64,000 nt of DNA from an uncultured archaeon (GCA_964610875.1 CAZSWP010000003.1:88504-152503); one strand, 5' to 3'; counted from the stretch's first letter, positions 47,775-57,237 are shown. Numbers and translations are program-made. Notes: generated from the sequence alone by a model not told the origin.

Positions 47775-48516
47775 TCATCTCAAAGATTTCTGCATGAAAT
47801 ATCCCGGTACTTTGAAACCAAATTTCTTACAATCATCTAGTGAAATCTCATCAAGTGTATGAAGAAGAATGTAAATCCTTGAATAATCATGATTTTTACC
47901 CATTTTTCTGCACTTTTGAATAAAATTTGTCCAATCTTGTCAGATGTATACTCCTGCTTGACAGAAAAATCGTAAATCATGGCAATCATATCATTGAAGT
48001 ATGCTTTCCCTATCCAGACATATCCTGCAATTGCACCATCTTTTGTTCGTATTTTCAGACATTGATGGTCATCATCATTTTTGTAACGAGAGAGATATTC
48101 TTGATATTTATCCTGTATCTCTTTATCAGATATATTTTGAGTAGACCTAACAATTTTTGCAAACTTCTTGATACCAATTTCAAATGCATCATCAAGCGAT
48201 TCCATCTCAAGGACCATATCTTGTGATAATTCCACATGATGCGCATTTGGTTCTTTTGAGATTAGGATAGTGTTTACTTCGTATCCACTCGATTCGTAGA
48301 AATGTATAGCTGGTTCATTATGAGAATGAACAAAAAGTCCCATAGAATCTCTCAAATTTGCTGCAAATTCTTCAGCTTTTTGAAGTAAAATTCTTCCAAG
48401 TCCCTGTTTTCGAAAATTCGGATGAACAATTTATGTCAAAATTCAGGAGGAATTGCATCACAATCGAAGGCCTTCAGTAAATCTCGACGTTTTTTGATTT
48501 CCTTTTCATAGTTCAT
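47775..48516 (-). pseudogene. Frameshifted tandem GNAT acetyltransferase
   Basis: VHPNFRKQGLGRILL...N.PAIHFYESSGY in frame upstream of ORF 47837-48355; N-terminal part and C-terminal tail (…KFGFKVPGYFMQKSLR*) lie in other frames. Confidence 0.65.
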
Positions 48517-48666
48517 TATCGTCACCTTTGGGGTCTATAACCGAAGACCAACCTCTATCAACTGTACATTTCTACAGTACGTAATATAAACCGATTGAAT
48601 CGAGCAGTGAGATTTCAAATAACATTTTATTGAAGGAACTCTTGAATAGGGGACTAGGTATTCATA

Positions 48667-49512
48667 TTGAAAGTAGACAAAAAACACGCTATACTTGGGA
48701 TCATCATCATAGGGATTGTAGTGACCGGTACCAGCCTTGGTATTTTCCTACTCTCTCCAGAACCTGTAGAATCAAAACTCTTTATTGCAATCCACTGTGA
48801 ACCCGGAACTCTTCCTCAAAGTGTAGATTACCCAGAACAATACTGGTTGGATCTCCGAGCTATGATAATCGAAGCTGATATTCATGACATAAAGCTCACC
48901 CTGCTGTTCAATCCACAATGGGCAACTTACATCCTGAATGACACTAACCGTCTTACGATGGTCAGGAACTGGGATGCAAATGGTCATGAGATAGGACTCC
49001 ATCATCATGGTGCTCATATGAACAACTGGAATGGCTATACCAATCAAGCAGACTACCAGACTGGTCCAAAGTATCTTGGTACTATCAGTGACATGATGAC
49101 TCTAATGAATCAACTTCCTGCATCAGGACAAATCAATACAGCCTGTGTTGCTACTGATGAAGACATCGATTACGATTTCCCACTAGATGTGCCATTCCGA
49201 ACATTTGGTGGCTCTGATAAATTGGGCCATCTGTGGAGTACTCCTGAAACCAGTACATATAATGAACAGACAGTCCTTGGTGTTTCCCATGCCCGTTTTG
49301 CGGACATATTATCAGAAGTAAACATAGATCTGGACGAATTCAAAGGATTGGTTGTTCAAAATCAGGAAGAAGTGATGGGTCTTGTCTGGCATGTGTTCAA
49401 CTATGCTGATAATCCCAGTGCATTCATCTCATTATTCGAATATCTGGATGACGAAGGAATTGACACTTGGACTGTTTCAGAGATAATGGAGTCCTACTCT
49501 GCCACTGAGTAA
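48667..49512 (+). CDS. Secreted / anchored polysaccharide-deacetylase-like protein
   Basis: N-terminal TM; IHCEP, KLTLLF, GHEIGLHHH, LVWH motifs of the NodB/CE4-like fold. Confidence 0.65.
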   Translation: MKVDKKHAILGIIIIGIVVTGTSLGIFLLSPEPVESKLFIAIHCEPGTLPQSVDYPEQYWLDLRAMIIEADIHDIKLTLLFNPQWATYILNDTNRLTMVRNWDANGHEIGLHHHGAHMNNWNGYTNQADYQTGPKYLGTISDMMTLMNQLPASGQINTACVATDEDIDYDFPLDVPFRTFGGSDKLGHLWSTPETSTYNEQTVLGVSHARFADILSEVNIDLDEFKGLVVQNQEEVMGLVWHVFNYADNPSAFISLFEYLDDEGIDTWTVSEIMESYSATE

Positions 49513-49714
49513 TGACTTATGGACAACCATCCACGAAGATGTGGCGAATTCTATAGTCAATTCAAAATCTGTTAGACGAAAAATTTAGTTAAAACGCCTT
49601 AAGTAACTACAATCCAACAACCGTTGATACGTTCCATTCTTGCACTTCTCTCTGGAAGGGATCCTAGCACGCTGTCCGAGGATGAGCTGAGGGCATTCAG
49701 AGGAGTTTCATAGA

Positions 49715-50409
49715 TACGATACATATGGAAATCGTTGCAATGCAGATAAAAATGGATCAATAATCATCGCTGGACGCCTTATTACGCTCACAAAGTCATT
49801 ACACTCTGTGAGAGGACTAGGTAAGTGGGCTCAAGCAGTAGCAAAAGGCTCACGACCAAAAACCCGAGGGAAGCGTTCTCGAAGGAAGTCCTTACTCTCC
49901 AAGAAAGAATCAATGTCAAGTTCTGGAGAGTCCGCGGCTGTTCACTCTGCTCAAACGAGACTTGTTGATTTTGGTGACGAAATCAAGATGTGTGATAATG
50001 ACCCCGCCGTGGAAAAAACTGTAGAAAATCTTTCTGACGTTGGTAGTGATGCACCAACAAAAGGTCAGGAGAAAGAAGCTCCGTCTATTGGAGGGATTGT
50101 ATCCCAATGGTATTAGACAAAGTTCCTTCAGACCGTTCATTGTACTCTAGACAATTCTGGACACCAGAGCATTGTCCTCCCAAGAACGGTACTGGGAATG
50201 GCTCTGTGAGGTCATGGTACGTGTCAGGTTGACCTCAGTATTCTTGTACCTTGTCTGAGTATATAACCCCCTCCTGAAACATGTCTAGGATTTTTGGAGC
50301 TGCTAGCAACCCAATTATTTTCGAATCGTTGGGAGTGGTAACACTTGAAGGAGAAGGGTGGAATACAGAAGTCTTACTGTTGAGGTTCACTCACATTCTA
50401 AGATAGGTC
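49715..50409 (+). pseudogene. tnpB: 5'-truncated tnpB remnant retaining RuvC-III, C-terminal tail and putative omegaRNA scaffold; interrupted by a mini-element
   Basis: Translates …GNRCNADKNGSIIIAGRLITL…GLGKW…NDPAVEKTVE, matching TnpB 60299-62062; nucleotide similarity up to GATAGGTC. Confidence 0.85.
50133..50312 (+). mobile_element. Non-autonomous mini-element copy 1 (CC-bounded)
   Basis: CC-GTTCATTGT…TATATAA…AAC-CC; homologous to copies at 51992 and 55336. Confidence 0.85.
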
Positions 50410-50498
50410 AGCAATGGACTGTAGCCATCATAAAAGTCGTGAAATATTAGCTACATTAGCAATCCTTTTATTCTGTTACAGTTGAAAAAGGCCAGCCG

Positions 50499-50634
50499 CG
50501 GAGCGTAGCTCAATCTGGCAGACTGAATCGCAATGCGATTCAGGCCATCAGCAATGGACTGTAGAGAGCTGCCAATTCGGATGGCATTCACAGCTATCCA
50601 TCGGTTGCCGGTTCAAATCCGGCCGCTCCGACCA
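50499..50634 (+). tRNA. tRNA-Tyr(GUA) with two introns (D-arm and anticodon loop)
   Basis: CGGAGCG/CGCTCCG-ACCA; D-arm hairpin insert CTGAATCGC-AAT-GCGATTCAG; ATGGA-CT-GTA-G[intron]ATCCAT. Confidence 0.9.
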
Positions 50635-50740
50635 TCTTCTTTTCCTCTTATTACCTTCACCACAGGAGTCCTTCTCAATAAGTAAGATGGTATCCGTTTG
50701 GAAACCCGTCAATATATAAACACATAAACCATAGTTAATA

Positions 50741-51943
50741 ATGGTAATGATAATGAAACCTGTTGAAGTTGTGAAAGATGTCTACTGGGTTGGAGCACTT
50801 GATTATAATGTTCGTAATTTTCATGGATATAGCTACACTACGCATCATGGAACGACCTACAATGCTTATCTGGTAATTGATGAAAAAATAGCACTTGTAG
50901 ATGCGGTGCACGGTCCTTTCTCTGAGGAGATGTTTGCACGTATCTCAGAAATTATTGACCCCGCAAAGATTGACTTTATGATATCCAATCACACTGAGAT
51001 GGACCACTCTGGAGCAATACCTGATGTACTGAAACGTGTTCCCAATGCCAAGCTTGTATGTACTGAAAGGGCAGTTGATGCACTGAAGAAGCACTATCCT
51101 GATGGTTGGGACACCCAGACAGTGAAGACTGGTGATGAGATCTCTCTTGGTAAGAAGACCTTACGGTTCTATGAGGCTCCCATGCTCCACTGGCCTGAGA
51201 GTATGTTCACCTATTATGTTGAAGAAGAGGTCTTGCTACCCAATGATGCATTTGGACAACACTATGCTACGGAGGAACGCTTTGCAGATGAAGTTGACCA
51301 GTATGTCCTATGGCGTGAGGCTGAGAAGTACTATGCTAACATCCTTTGGCCACTCAGTCGTATGGTCAAGCGGAAAATAGAGGAAGTACTTGAGCTCGGT
51401 CTGCCCATCAAGATAATCGCTCCTTCTCACGGCTTAATCTGGAGAGAAGACCCTCTTGAGATTGTGAAGAGATACCTGGGCTGGGCAAAGGGAGAACGGA
51501 CAAATGACAAGGTGTTGATCGTTTGGGACACAATGTGGGAGAGTACTACAAAACTTGCTCGTGCAATGGCTGAAGGTGTCAAAGCTGCCGGATTGAGACC
51601 GCAGCTCAGGCTGATACCACACAGTGATCGCAGTGATATTATGGGTGAATTACTTGAAGCCCGAGGGATTCTCGTTGGAAGTCCTACTCTTCACAATGAT
51701 ATCCTCCCAACCGTGGCACCAGTCCTCTCCGACTTGGAAGTGCTAAAACCTGCAGGGAAGAAGACCGCAGCTTTTGGTTCATACGGATGGGGTGGCGGCT
51801 CTGTGAAAAAGATTCAAGAGGCAATGAAACAGGGTAAGATGGACATAGTCATGGAACCGTTCACTGTGAAGTGGGTCCCAGATACTGATGAACTCGAAGA
51901 AGCATTTGAGTTCGGGAAGAGCTTTGCTGAGAAACTCAACTAA
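50741..51943 (+). CDS. fprA: Flavodiiron protein (FprA, A-type flavoprotein)
   Basis: GTTYNAYL, NHTEMDHSG, LHWPES, NDAFGQH, PSHG; flavodoxin domain GSPT, FGSYGW. Confidence 0.95.
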   Translation: MVMIMKPVEVVKDVYWVGALDYNVRNFHGYSYTTHHGTTYNAYLVIDEKIALVDAVHGPFSEEMFARISEIIDPAKIDFMISNHTEMDHSGAIPDVLKRVPNAKLVCTERAVDALKKHYPDGWDTQTVKTGDEISLGKKTLRFYEAPMLHWPESMFTYYVEEEVLLPNDAFGQHYATEERFADEVDQYVLWREAEKYYANILWPLSRMVKRKIEEVLELGLPIKIIAPSHGLIWREDPLEIVKRYLGWAKGERTNDKVLIVWDTMWESTTKLARAMAEGVKAAGLRPQLRLIPHSDRSDIMGELLEARGILVGSPTLHNDILPTVAPVLSDLEVLKPAGKKTAAFGSYGWGGGSVKKIQEAMKQGKMDIVMEPFTVKWVPDTDELEEAFEFGKSFAEKLN

Positions 51944-51961
51944 ACATGGAGTTGAGTAGCA

Positions 51962-52459
51962 GTGCCTGTTTTTGAGGCACACTACTCTACACCGTTCATT
52001 GTAAGCTGGACAAATCTGGACACCGGAGTCTTGTCCTTCCAGAAACGGCACTGGAACGTCACTCCATGGGGTCAGCACAGCGATGTCAGTTGACCTATGA
52101 ACTAATTATGTCCTGAAGCATATAAGCTCCTGTCAAAAAATTCCAAGTCCATCTAGAATTTTCGTAGATACAACCACCCTCGCTGTGTCAGTAGGCTCAA
52201 GGGGAACGATACCAAGCTCCAAAGACGGATTGATAGAGCCCTAGACCAACTTCGAGCTGATGCCTATGCTGGTGTATTGGTGAAGAGCAGTCGTTGGCCG
52301 AGTGAGTATAGAGAGCTTGACAACCTGTATGTGTTCAAAATCGACAAGCGGCACAGACTGTTGTACTCAGTTGTCAAAAAGAATGGGCGACGCTTTGTCT
52401 TGATACACGACTTTCTGAAACATGATGAATATGACAGGCTCTTCGGATACCACACCTAG
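51962..52459 (+). pseudogene. RelE/ParE-like toxin gene interrupted by mini-element copy 2
   Basis: Removing 51994-52179 restores MPVFEAHYSTPRCVSRLKG…RHRLLYSV…HDEYDRLFGY in one frame from GTG at 51962. Confidence 0.7.
51992..52179 (+). mobile_element. Non-autonomous mini-element copy 2 (CC-bounded)
   Basis: CC-GTTCATTGTAAGCTGGACAAATCTGGACACC…CATATAA…CAC-CC. Confidence 0.8.
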
Positions 52460-52713
52460 AGAGGTTCGTAGGTGTCGAGGATCGCTCTCACTCTGTCACT
52501 ATCACTGTTGACCACAACGAATCTTCCATCCACTTCCTCGATGATGTCCTGATCAACTAACTGTCCCAGAATGATGTCAAGGGTTTCTTGTTCCATGCCT
52601 TCTAGTTTGGAGAGGAGTTCGGCTCTGATAGGTGGTTCATCGAACTCTAAAATGACGCTGACTACCTGTTTCAAGTCTACTGAGATAGGAGTTTCAACGT
52701 TTCTCATATTCAT
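52456..52713 (-). CDS. Small acidic winged-helix protein
   Basis: PIRAELL..LEG.EQETLD.ILGQLVDQDIIEEVDGRF wHTH pattern. Confidence 0.55.
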   Translation of the reverse strand: MNMRNVETPISVDLKQVVSVILEFDEPPIRAELLSKLEGMEQETLDIILGQLVDQDIIEEVDGRFVVVNSDSDRVRAILDTYEPL

Positions 52714-52933
52714 ATTTCCTAAAAATTGGCCAATGTGTTTGCCAAGAGCTATTGCTTCTATTCTTGTGTCCTGTCTTTTGTATATAAAACATGAGAAAAT
52801 TCAACACATCGTTCAAATTCGGCCATCTTTTTCATACCATCCAACTCTTTCTGAAAATCTACAGACTTATATGCGCCGCTAAAGAATAATGATCCAGTAC
52901 GGTTTTCTCGAACCGTAGGGGGAATGTAACAAA

Positions 52934-54046
52934 TTGCATTGCAAAAAGGAGAAAGCACTAGTAGTATCTATTTTGATAATGCTAGTACAAATAACGAGTT
53001 CACTGTATCTAATGGGTTATTTTATGAACCCTGTCGTGATATGCATATCAGACGACAATCTGGCAAGAGATACAGCAAAATACCTTTCAAACTCACTTGA
53101 TAACTGCCCAGTTATTGAAACAGATGATATACATGAGATAAATCGGATAACCACTCATGCATTTGATACTGTCTTCTATGTTGGACATGGAACTGAGAAA
53201 GGAATTGAATCAAAAAGAAACACAATTGAGTGGGATGCGATTGGAAAGACTATAATCCAATCATTGAGCAATGAACACATGATTCTTGCCTGCAACTCCG
53301 AGAATCTGAATGTTGAAAGCACCACAAAGACATGGATAACTTTTCCAGGGTTAGTTGATGCCAAAATTGCATCAGATATTACTTTGGCATTACACTTCAT
53401 GAAGAAAGGTGATTCTGCTAGGTCGAACGCCTATGGACAACTGGCAACAATCGGATACCTCACAAAAGTGGTGCTTGGAGTTGAAAGACAAGCGTTTCTT
53501 GGAATTGTCTATGATGATGGCGGAGGTGGTACGGGGAGTGATTGGGATTTCTACTATCGGGGAGTCTACTTTGATTCATATGACGTAAATCCAAGCAATG
53601 AGGTATATTACGATCATCCATCATACCAAACATATTATCGACTACTTGGTGTTGGAGTACCTGATTCATTTACCGTTGGAGATGGATATGATTTGAAGGT
53701 CAATCATATAGATCGAAATTCAATTATCTTATGGAAGATGGGTGGATTATTAGGCATTGCTGAGTTACTTGTTGCTTTGGGTATTGCAGCTGCTGCTAGT
53801 GTATGGGGGATCGAAGCTTCACCAATCATTCTAGCATTTGCTGCAATATTGGGTATTTTTGGTTTCACTGTTGCTTACATAGTAGAATCTCTGATTGAAG
53901 ATGAGATGGGTGGCGGATGGGTGTTCTACAAGGATATTGATCCCGGTAATGGATTTGTCTGCAAGCTAGGTATGGGTTGGTGGTTTATCGTGTCTGAACT
54001 TGGAGGCATCATACCCTTCCCCTGTGACGGACATTATGTAAGGTGA
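52934..54046 (+). CDS. Secreted/membrane protein with caspase/CHAT-like His-Cys motifs and hydrophobic C-terminal domain
   Basis: N-terminal hydrophobic signal; VFYVGHG and MILACNS; GGGGTG linker; two long hydrophobic helices. Confidence 0.55.
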   Translation: MHCKKEKALVVSILIMLVQITSSLYLMGYFMNPVVICISDDNLARDTAKYLSNSLDNCPVIETDDIHEINRITTHAFDTVFYVGHGTEKGIESKRNTIEWDAIGKTIIQSLSNEHMILACNSENLNVESTTKTWITFPGLVDAKIASDITLALHFMKKGDSARSNAYGQLATIGYLTKVVLGVERQAFLGIVYDDGGGGTGSDWDFYYRGVYFDSYDVNPSNEVYYDHPSYQTYYRLLGVGVPDSFTVGDGYDLKVNHIDRNSIILWKMGGLLGIAELLVALGIAAAASVWGIEASPIILAFAAILGIFGFTVAYIVESLIEDEMGGGWVFYKDIDPGNGFVCKLGMGWWFIVSELGGIIPFPCDGHYVR

Positions 54047-54055
54047 TATCAAACC

Positions 54056-54649
54056 ATGATTGAAGAACCAACAAAGGAAAGAATCGCAAAGCTTGATATC
54101 TGGCTATCGTTGAACTGGATTCCATTGATAGCAGCATGCTTCATTCTCTTCATGTTGGTTCCATATTTTATTTCGCCTTATGTCTTGATAATTGACAATC
54201 CAATGGATATCGCACTCATTCAATACATTGGTGAAACGATGGTTAAGCCTCTTCTGTATGCAGGATTTTCTATTGGTAGCCTTCTTGGATTAGTTCCAAT
54301 TAGATTTTATCAGAAAGTTTTTACAGATATTAGAAATGAAGGGCGTTACAAGGTTTTCAAAGTAAGACAAGGGGTAGCTATTATTGCACCATTTTTTGGT
54401 ATACTTCCTCATTTTCTCTATGGCATAATGACATTCCTTCCAACTGGTATCGCATCATGGGAGTGGGGTACGATTGTATATCTCTTCGTTACTTTGCCAG
54501 CAATTGGTTTCATGCTTTTCACTTCTCTTGGGTGGATTATTCTAAGATGGAAAGCAGAACACGTTATGAATAACAAGATACATTTCACTCGGATAATTGG
54601 CAATGAAAAAGCCTATTTGCTGACAAGTGAGCCTATCAAGAGGTTTTAG
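54056..54649 (+). CDS. Four-TM membrane protein
   Basis: Four hydrophobic segments; 9 bp downstream of the previous gene. Confidence 0.65.
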   Translation: MIEEPTKERIAKLDIWLSLNWIPLIAACFILFMLVPYFISPYVLIIDNPMDIALIQYIGETMVKPLLYAGFSIGSLLGLVPIRFYQKVFTDIRNEGRYKVFKVRQGVAIIAPFFGILPHFLYGIMTFLPTGIASWEWGTIVYLFVTLPAIGFMLFTSLGWIILRWKAEHVMNNKIHFTRIIGNEKAYLLTSEPIKRF

Positions 54650-54751
54650 TTCTCTTTCAAATCCGGCCGCTCCGACCATCTTCTTTTCCTCTTATTACCT
54701 TCACCACAGGAGTCCTTCTCAATAAGTAAGACAGTATCCATTTGGAAACCC

Positions 54752-55335
54752 AAGTTTATGAGAGAAATATTAGGTAGAATGGAAAAAGAGTTAGATCAAG
54801 AGGACTGTCAGAAAATACTCACTGAAGTTGCACATGGGCTTCCAGCGGACTACTGGAAAGCAGAACGAGAACGCTTTGAAGAAGCAGATGATATTGATGA
54901 TTATATCGCCAAAAAGCGTGCACGTTCAATTGGAGAATTGGAAAAATACAACAAGAGTGGTGAGTCGTTCTTTGGACAGGAAATCACTGACGAAGTCTTA
55001 GCCTATGTAAAGAGCCGTTCTGACATGCTCTCTGGAGAGAGAAGAGGAAACAAAATCTATCACACAAAGATTCCCTATGACACCAAAAACTTTCTAGCAG
55101 CAACTGATGAGAAGATGAAACGATACTATGCGTGCCATTGTGCATGGGCAAGAGAAGCAATACGCAGCGGCGAAGAGGGCATATCAGCTGATTTCTGCTA
55201 TTGTAGTGGTGGTTTTACTAAGAGGCCTTGGGAACAGGCTTTTGGTCAGTATTTGGATGTAGAGATGGTCAAGTCTGTGCTAAAAGGTGACAATGAGTGT
55301 TCCTTTGTAATTCCAATTCCAGATGAGTTCTTGAA
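54752..55335 (+). pseudogene. C-terminal half of a DUF6144-like Cys-rich protein, inverted relative to its N-terminal half
   Basis: YACHCAWARE…FCYCSGGF…SVLKGDNECSF motifs; ORF end runs into mini-element copy 3. Confidence 0.65.
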
Positions 55336-55525
55336 GGGTTTCGTACAGCTCCCAGAATTCCAGACAGACCTAGACATCAGTGTATAGGCACTTATATACT
55401 CCTGACAAGAACAACTTGGTGAGGGTGTATTGACACACGAACGTGCTCTCACAAAGCCATTCCCAGTACCGCTCCTGGGAGGACAATGCTCTGGTGTCCA
55501 GAATTGTCCAGCTTACAATGAACGG
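55336..55525 (-). mobile_element. Non-autonomous mini-element copy 3 (inverted orientation)
   Basis: Reverse complement CC-GTTCATTGTAAGCTGGACAATTCTGGACACCAGAGC…GAGTATATAA…GAAAC-CC. Confidence 0.85.
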
Positions 55526-55910
55526 TTGGCATCCTTAGCCCTTTGAAAATTTCATCACGCTTAGTTTCACCAATCTCGTTTCCCATTTCCCTGTGTAAAG
55601 TATCCATAACGTCTATTCCATCGAAAAGCTCGAATATTGGCGTGACAAGAGCAGAATTATCAATAAATAGACCATATCTATAGATTACTATGAGTCTATC
55701 ACGAGTGTCTTCGCCCGTTTCATATAGCATTCCAATATATTGTCGGATATCATCAATAGTCGCTGAATCTAATGTATTTGAGGAATCTCTCTCAATCAAA
55801 TGTTTCTCAAGCTCTTCAACTGATTTGATGATCTCCTCTATTTTATCATCTTGAATCTCCTTTTCTTCCAGAGCCTTTCGAAAACCGTCAGTATCCATTG
55901 TTCTCACCAT
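55526..55910 (-). pseudogene. N-terminal half of a DUF6144-like protein, truncated by the mini-element
   Basis: MDTDGFRKAL…YRYGLF…ELFDG..VMD.L…KRDEIFKGLRMPT, then reads into the repeat. Confidence 0.6.
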
Positions 55911-56006
55911 AACAGAGTATCATATTCTGACACTTGGTTTGCTAATCAAACCAGAGTTGTACGCAAACTAATCACAACTTCATGATATTGCTACTTCTCG
56001 GAAAGA

Positions 56007-56405
56007 ATGAGTGAGTCAAGGACTACATTCACCAATTGGCGCCTTATGTTCCGTATTACCTGGGTGTTACGGGTGTTAAAGTATATTGATACTTCACTAA
56101 ATTATGGTGTACAGCAGATGCGAGGCATCGAATCAAAGATTAAAAAATCACTCACTTCCAAGGGGGTTGCATGCCACTCTATCTATAGAATGCCAGACCC
56201 TGAAGATGTCCGAGTCCTACTTGCTTTTAACTCACAGAAGAATCCACGACTCTCAACTAAGAAGGTGGCACGTATTCTCAATGAGATAGGTGTAGGAGAG
56301 TTTGAGGTTCCAAGAGAATTCCAACGCTTGAGCTCAGCATTCCTTCATCTTGAAGTGACCATGGGGGCACGTACAGAAACTCAGGTCAGTCCCAGTGCTC
56401 AATAA
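56007..56405 (+). CDS. Hypothetical protein
   Basis: ORF with plausible composition; true start probably at MRGIES or MVY; no family recognised. Confidence 0.45.
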   Translation: MSESRTTFTNWRLMFRITWVLRVLKYIDTSLNYGVQQMRGIESKIKKSLTSKGVACHSIYRMPDPEDVRVLLAFNSQKNPRLSTKKVARILNEIGVGEFEVPREFQRLSSAFLHLEVTMGARTETQVSPSAQ

Positions 56406-56472
56406 TTCGCTTGTAACTGTCGCAGGAGTCATATAGCTCCTGCCCCTCGATTATTTTTGGTGATATTATAAA

Positions 56473-57237
56473 ATGGACCTTCAATTGCAAGGAAAGACCA
56501 TTCTTGTGACAGCAGCATCAAGAGGACTTGGCTTCAGTGTAGCAAAATCACTCTCTGATGAAGGAGCACATGTGATAATCTGTAGTAGAAACGAATCCGC
56601 TCTGAGGAAAGCTGTTGGACAACTTGGTCCCAAAGCACGATATATTGTTACAGACGTATCAAAAAGGGAAGAAATTGTGAACCTCCTTGCAGATATTCGA
56701 AGAAATGAAGGAGTGCTTGATGGTCTATACATTAATGCTGGAGGACCATCACCTGGTACATTTGACAAGCTAGATGATAATGATTGGCGTGCTGCATTTG
56801 AATTGACACTTATGAGTGCAGTGAGATTGACAAAAGAAGCACTACCGCTTCTACAAAAAGGCCAAACACCAGCGGTTTTGTACAGCACTTCCATATCTGT
56901 CAAACAGCCAATCGATAATCTCCTCCTCTCAAACTCTTTACGTCCTGCTGTTATTGGCATGATGAGAACTCTTGCGGACGAGATTGGCCCAGAAGGAATC
57001 CGAATCAATGCAATCTGCCCGGGTTATATTCTCACGGAGCGTGTGGAAGAATTGATGGAAGCATCAGGTGATGCGGAAGCATCCATAGATAGATTAAACT
57101 CAATCATCCCATTACGAAGGATGGGTCTACCATCAGAGTTTGGTCCTGTATGTACATTTCTTCTGAGTCCGGTTGCCAGCTATATTCATGGTGCATTATT
57201 ATTGATTGATGGTGGTCTCTACCGAGGAATGATGTAA
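56473..57237 (+). CDS. SDR family oxidoreductase
   Basis: TAASRGLG, NAGGP, SN..R, NAICPG.I.T, IDGG. Confidence 0.92.
   Translation: MDLQLQGKTILVTAASRGLGFSVAKSLSDEGAHVIICSRNESALRKAVGQLGPKARYIVTDVSKREEIVNLLADIRRNEGVLDGLYINAGGPSPGTFDKLDDNDWRAAFELTLMSAVRLTKEALPLLQKGQTPAVLYSTSISVKQPIDNLLLSNSLRPAVIGMMRTLADEIGPEGIRINAICPGYILTERVEELMEASGDAEASIDRLNSIIPLRRMGLPSEFGPVCTFLLSPVASYIHGALLLIDGGLYRGMM

Larger units (their letters stand above)
50612..54751. mobile_element. Small genomic island integrated at the tRNA-Tyr 3' end (attL/attR ~96-bp direct repeat)
   Basis: 50612-50707 is repeated at 54656-54751 with about 3 mismatches, starting in the T-loop (TTCAAATCCGGCCGCTCCGACCA…); no integrase inside. Confidence 0.85.

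Noticed and set aside
49808-50116. 102-aa ORF as an independent gene
   Set aside because: It is the C-terminal tail of a truncated tnpB.
51954-51987. Hairpin after fprA as a terminator
   Set aside because: It overlaps the reconstructed RBS and start of the RelE-like gene and has no U-tract; its role is ambiguous.
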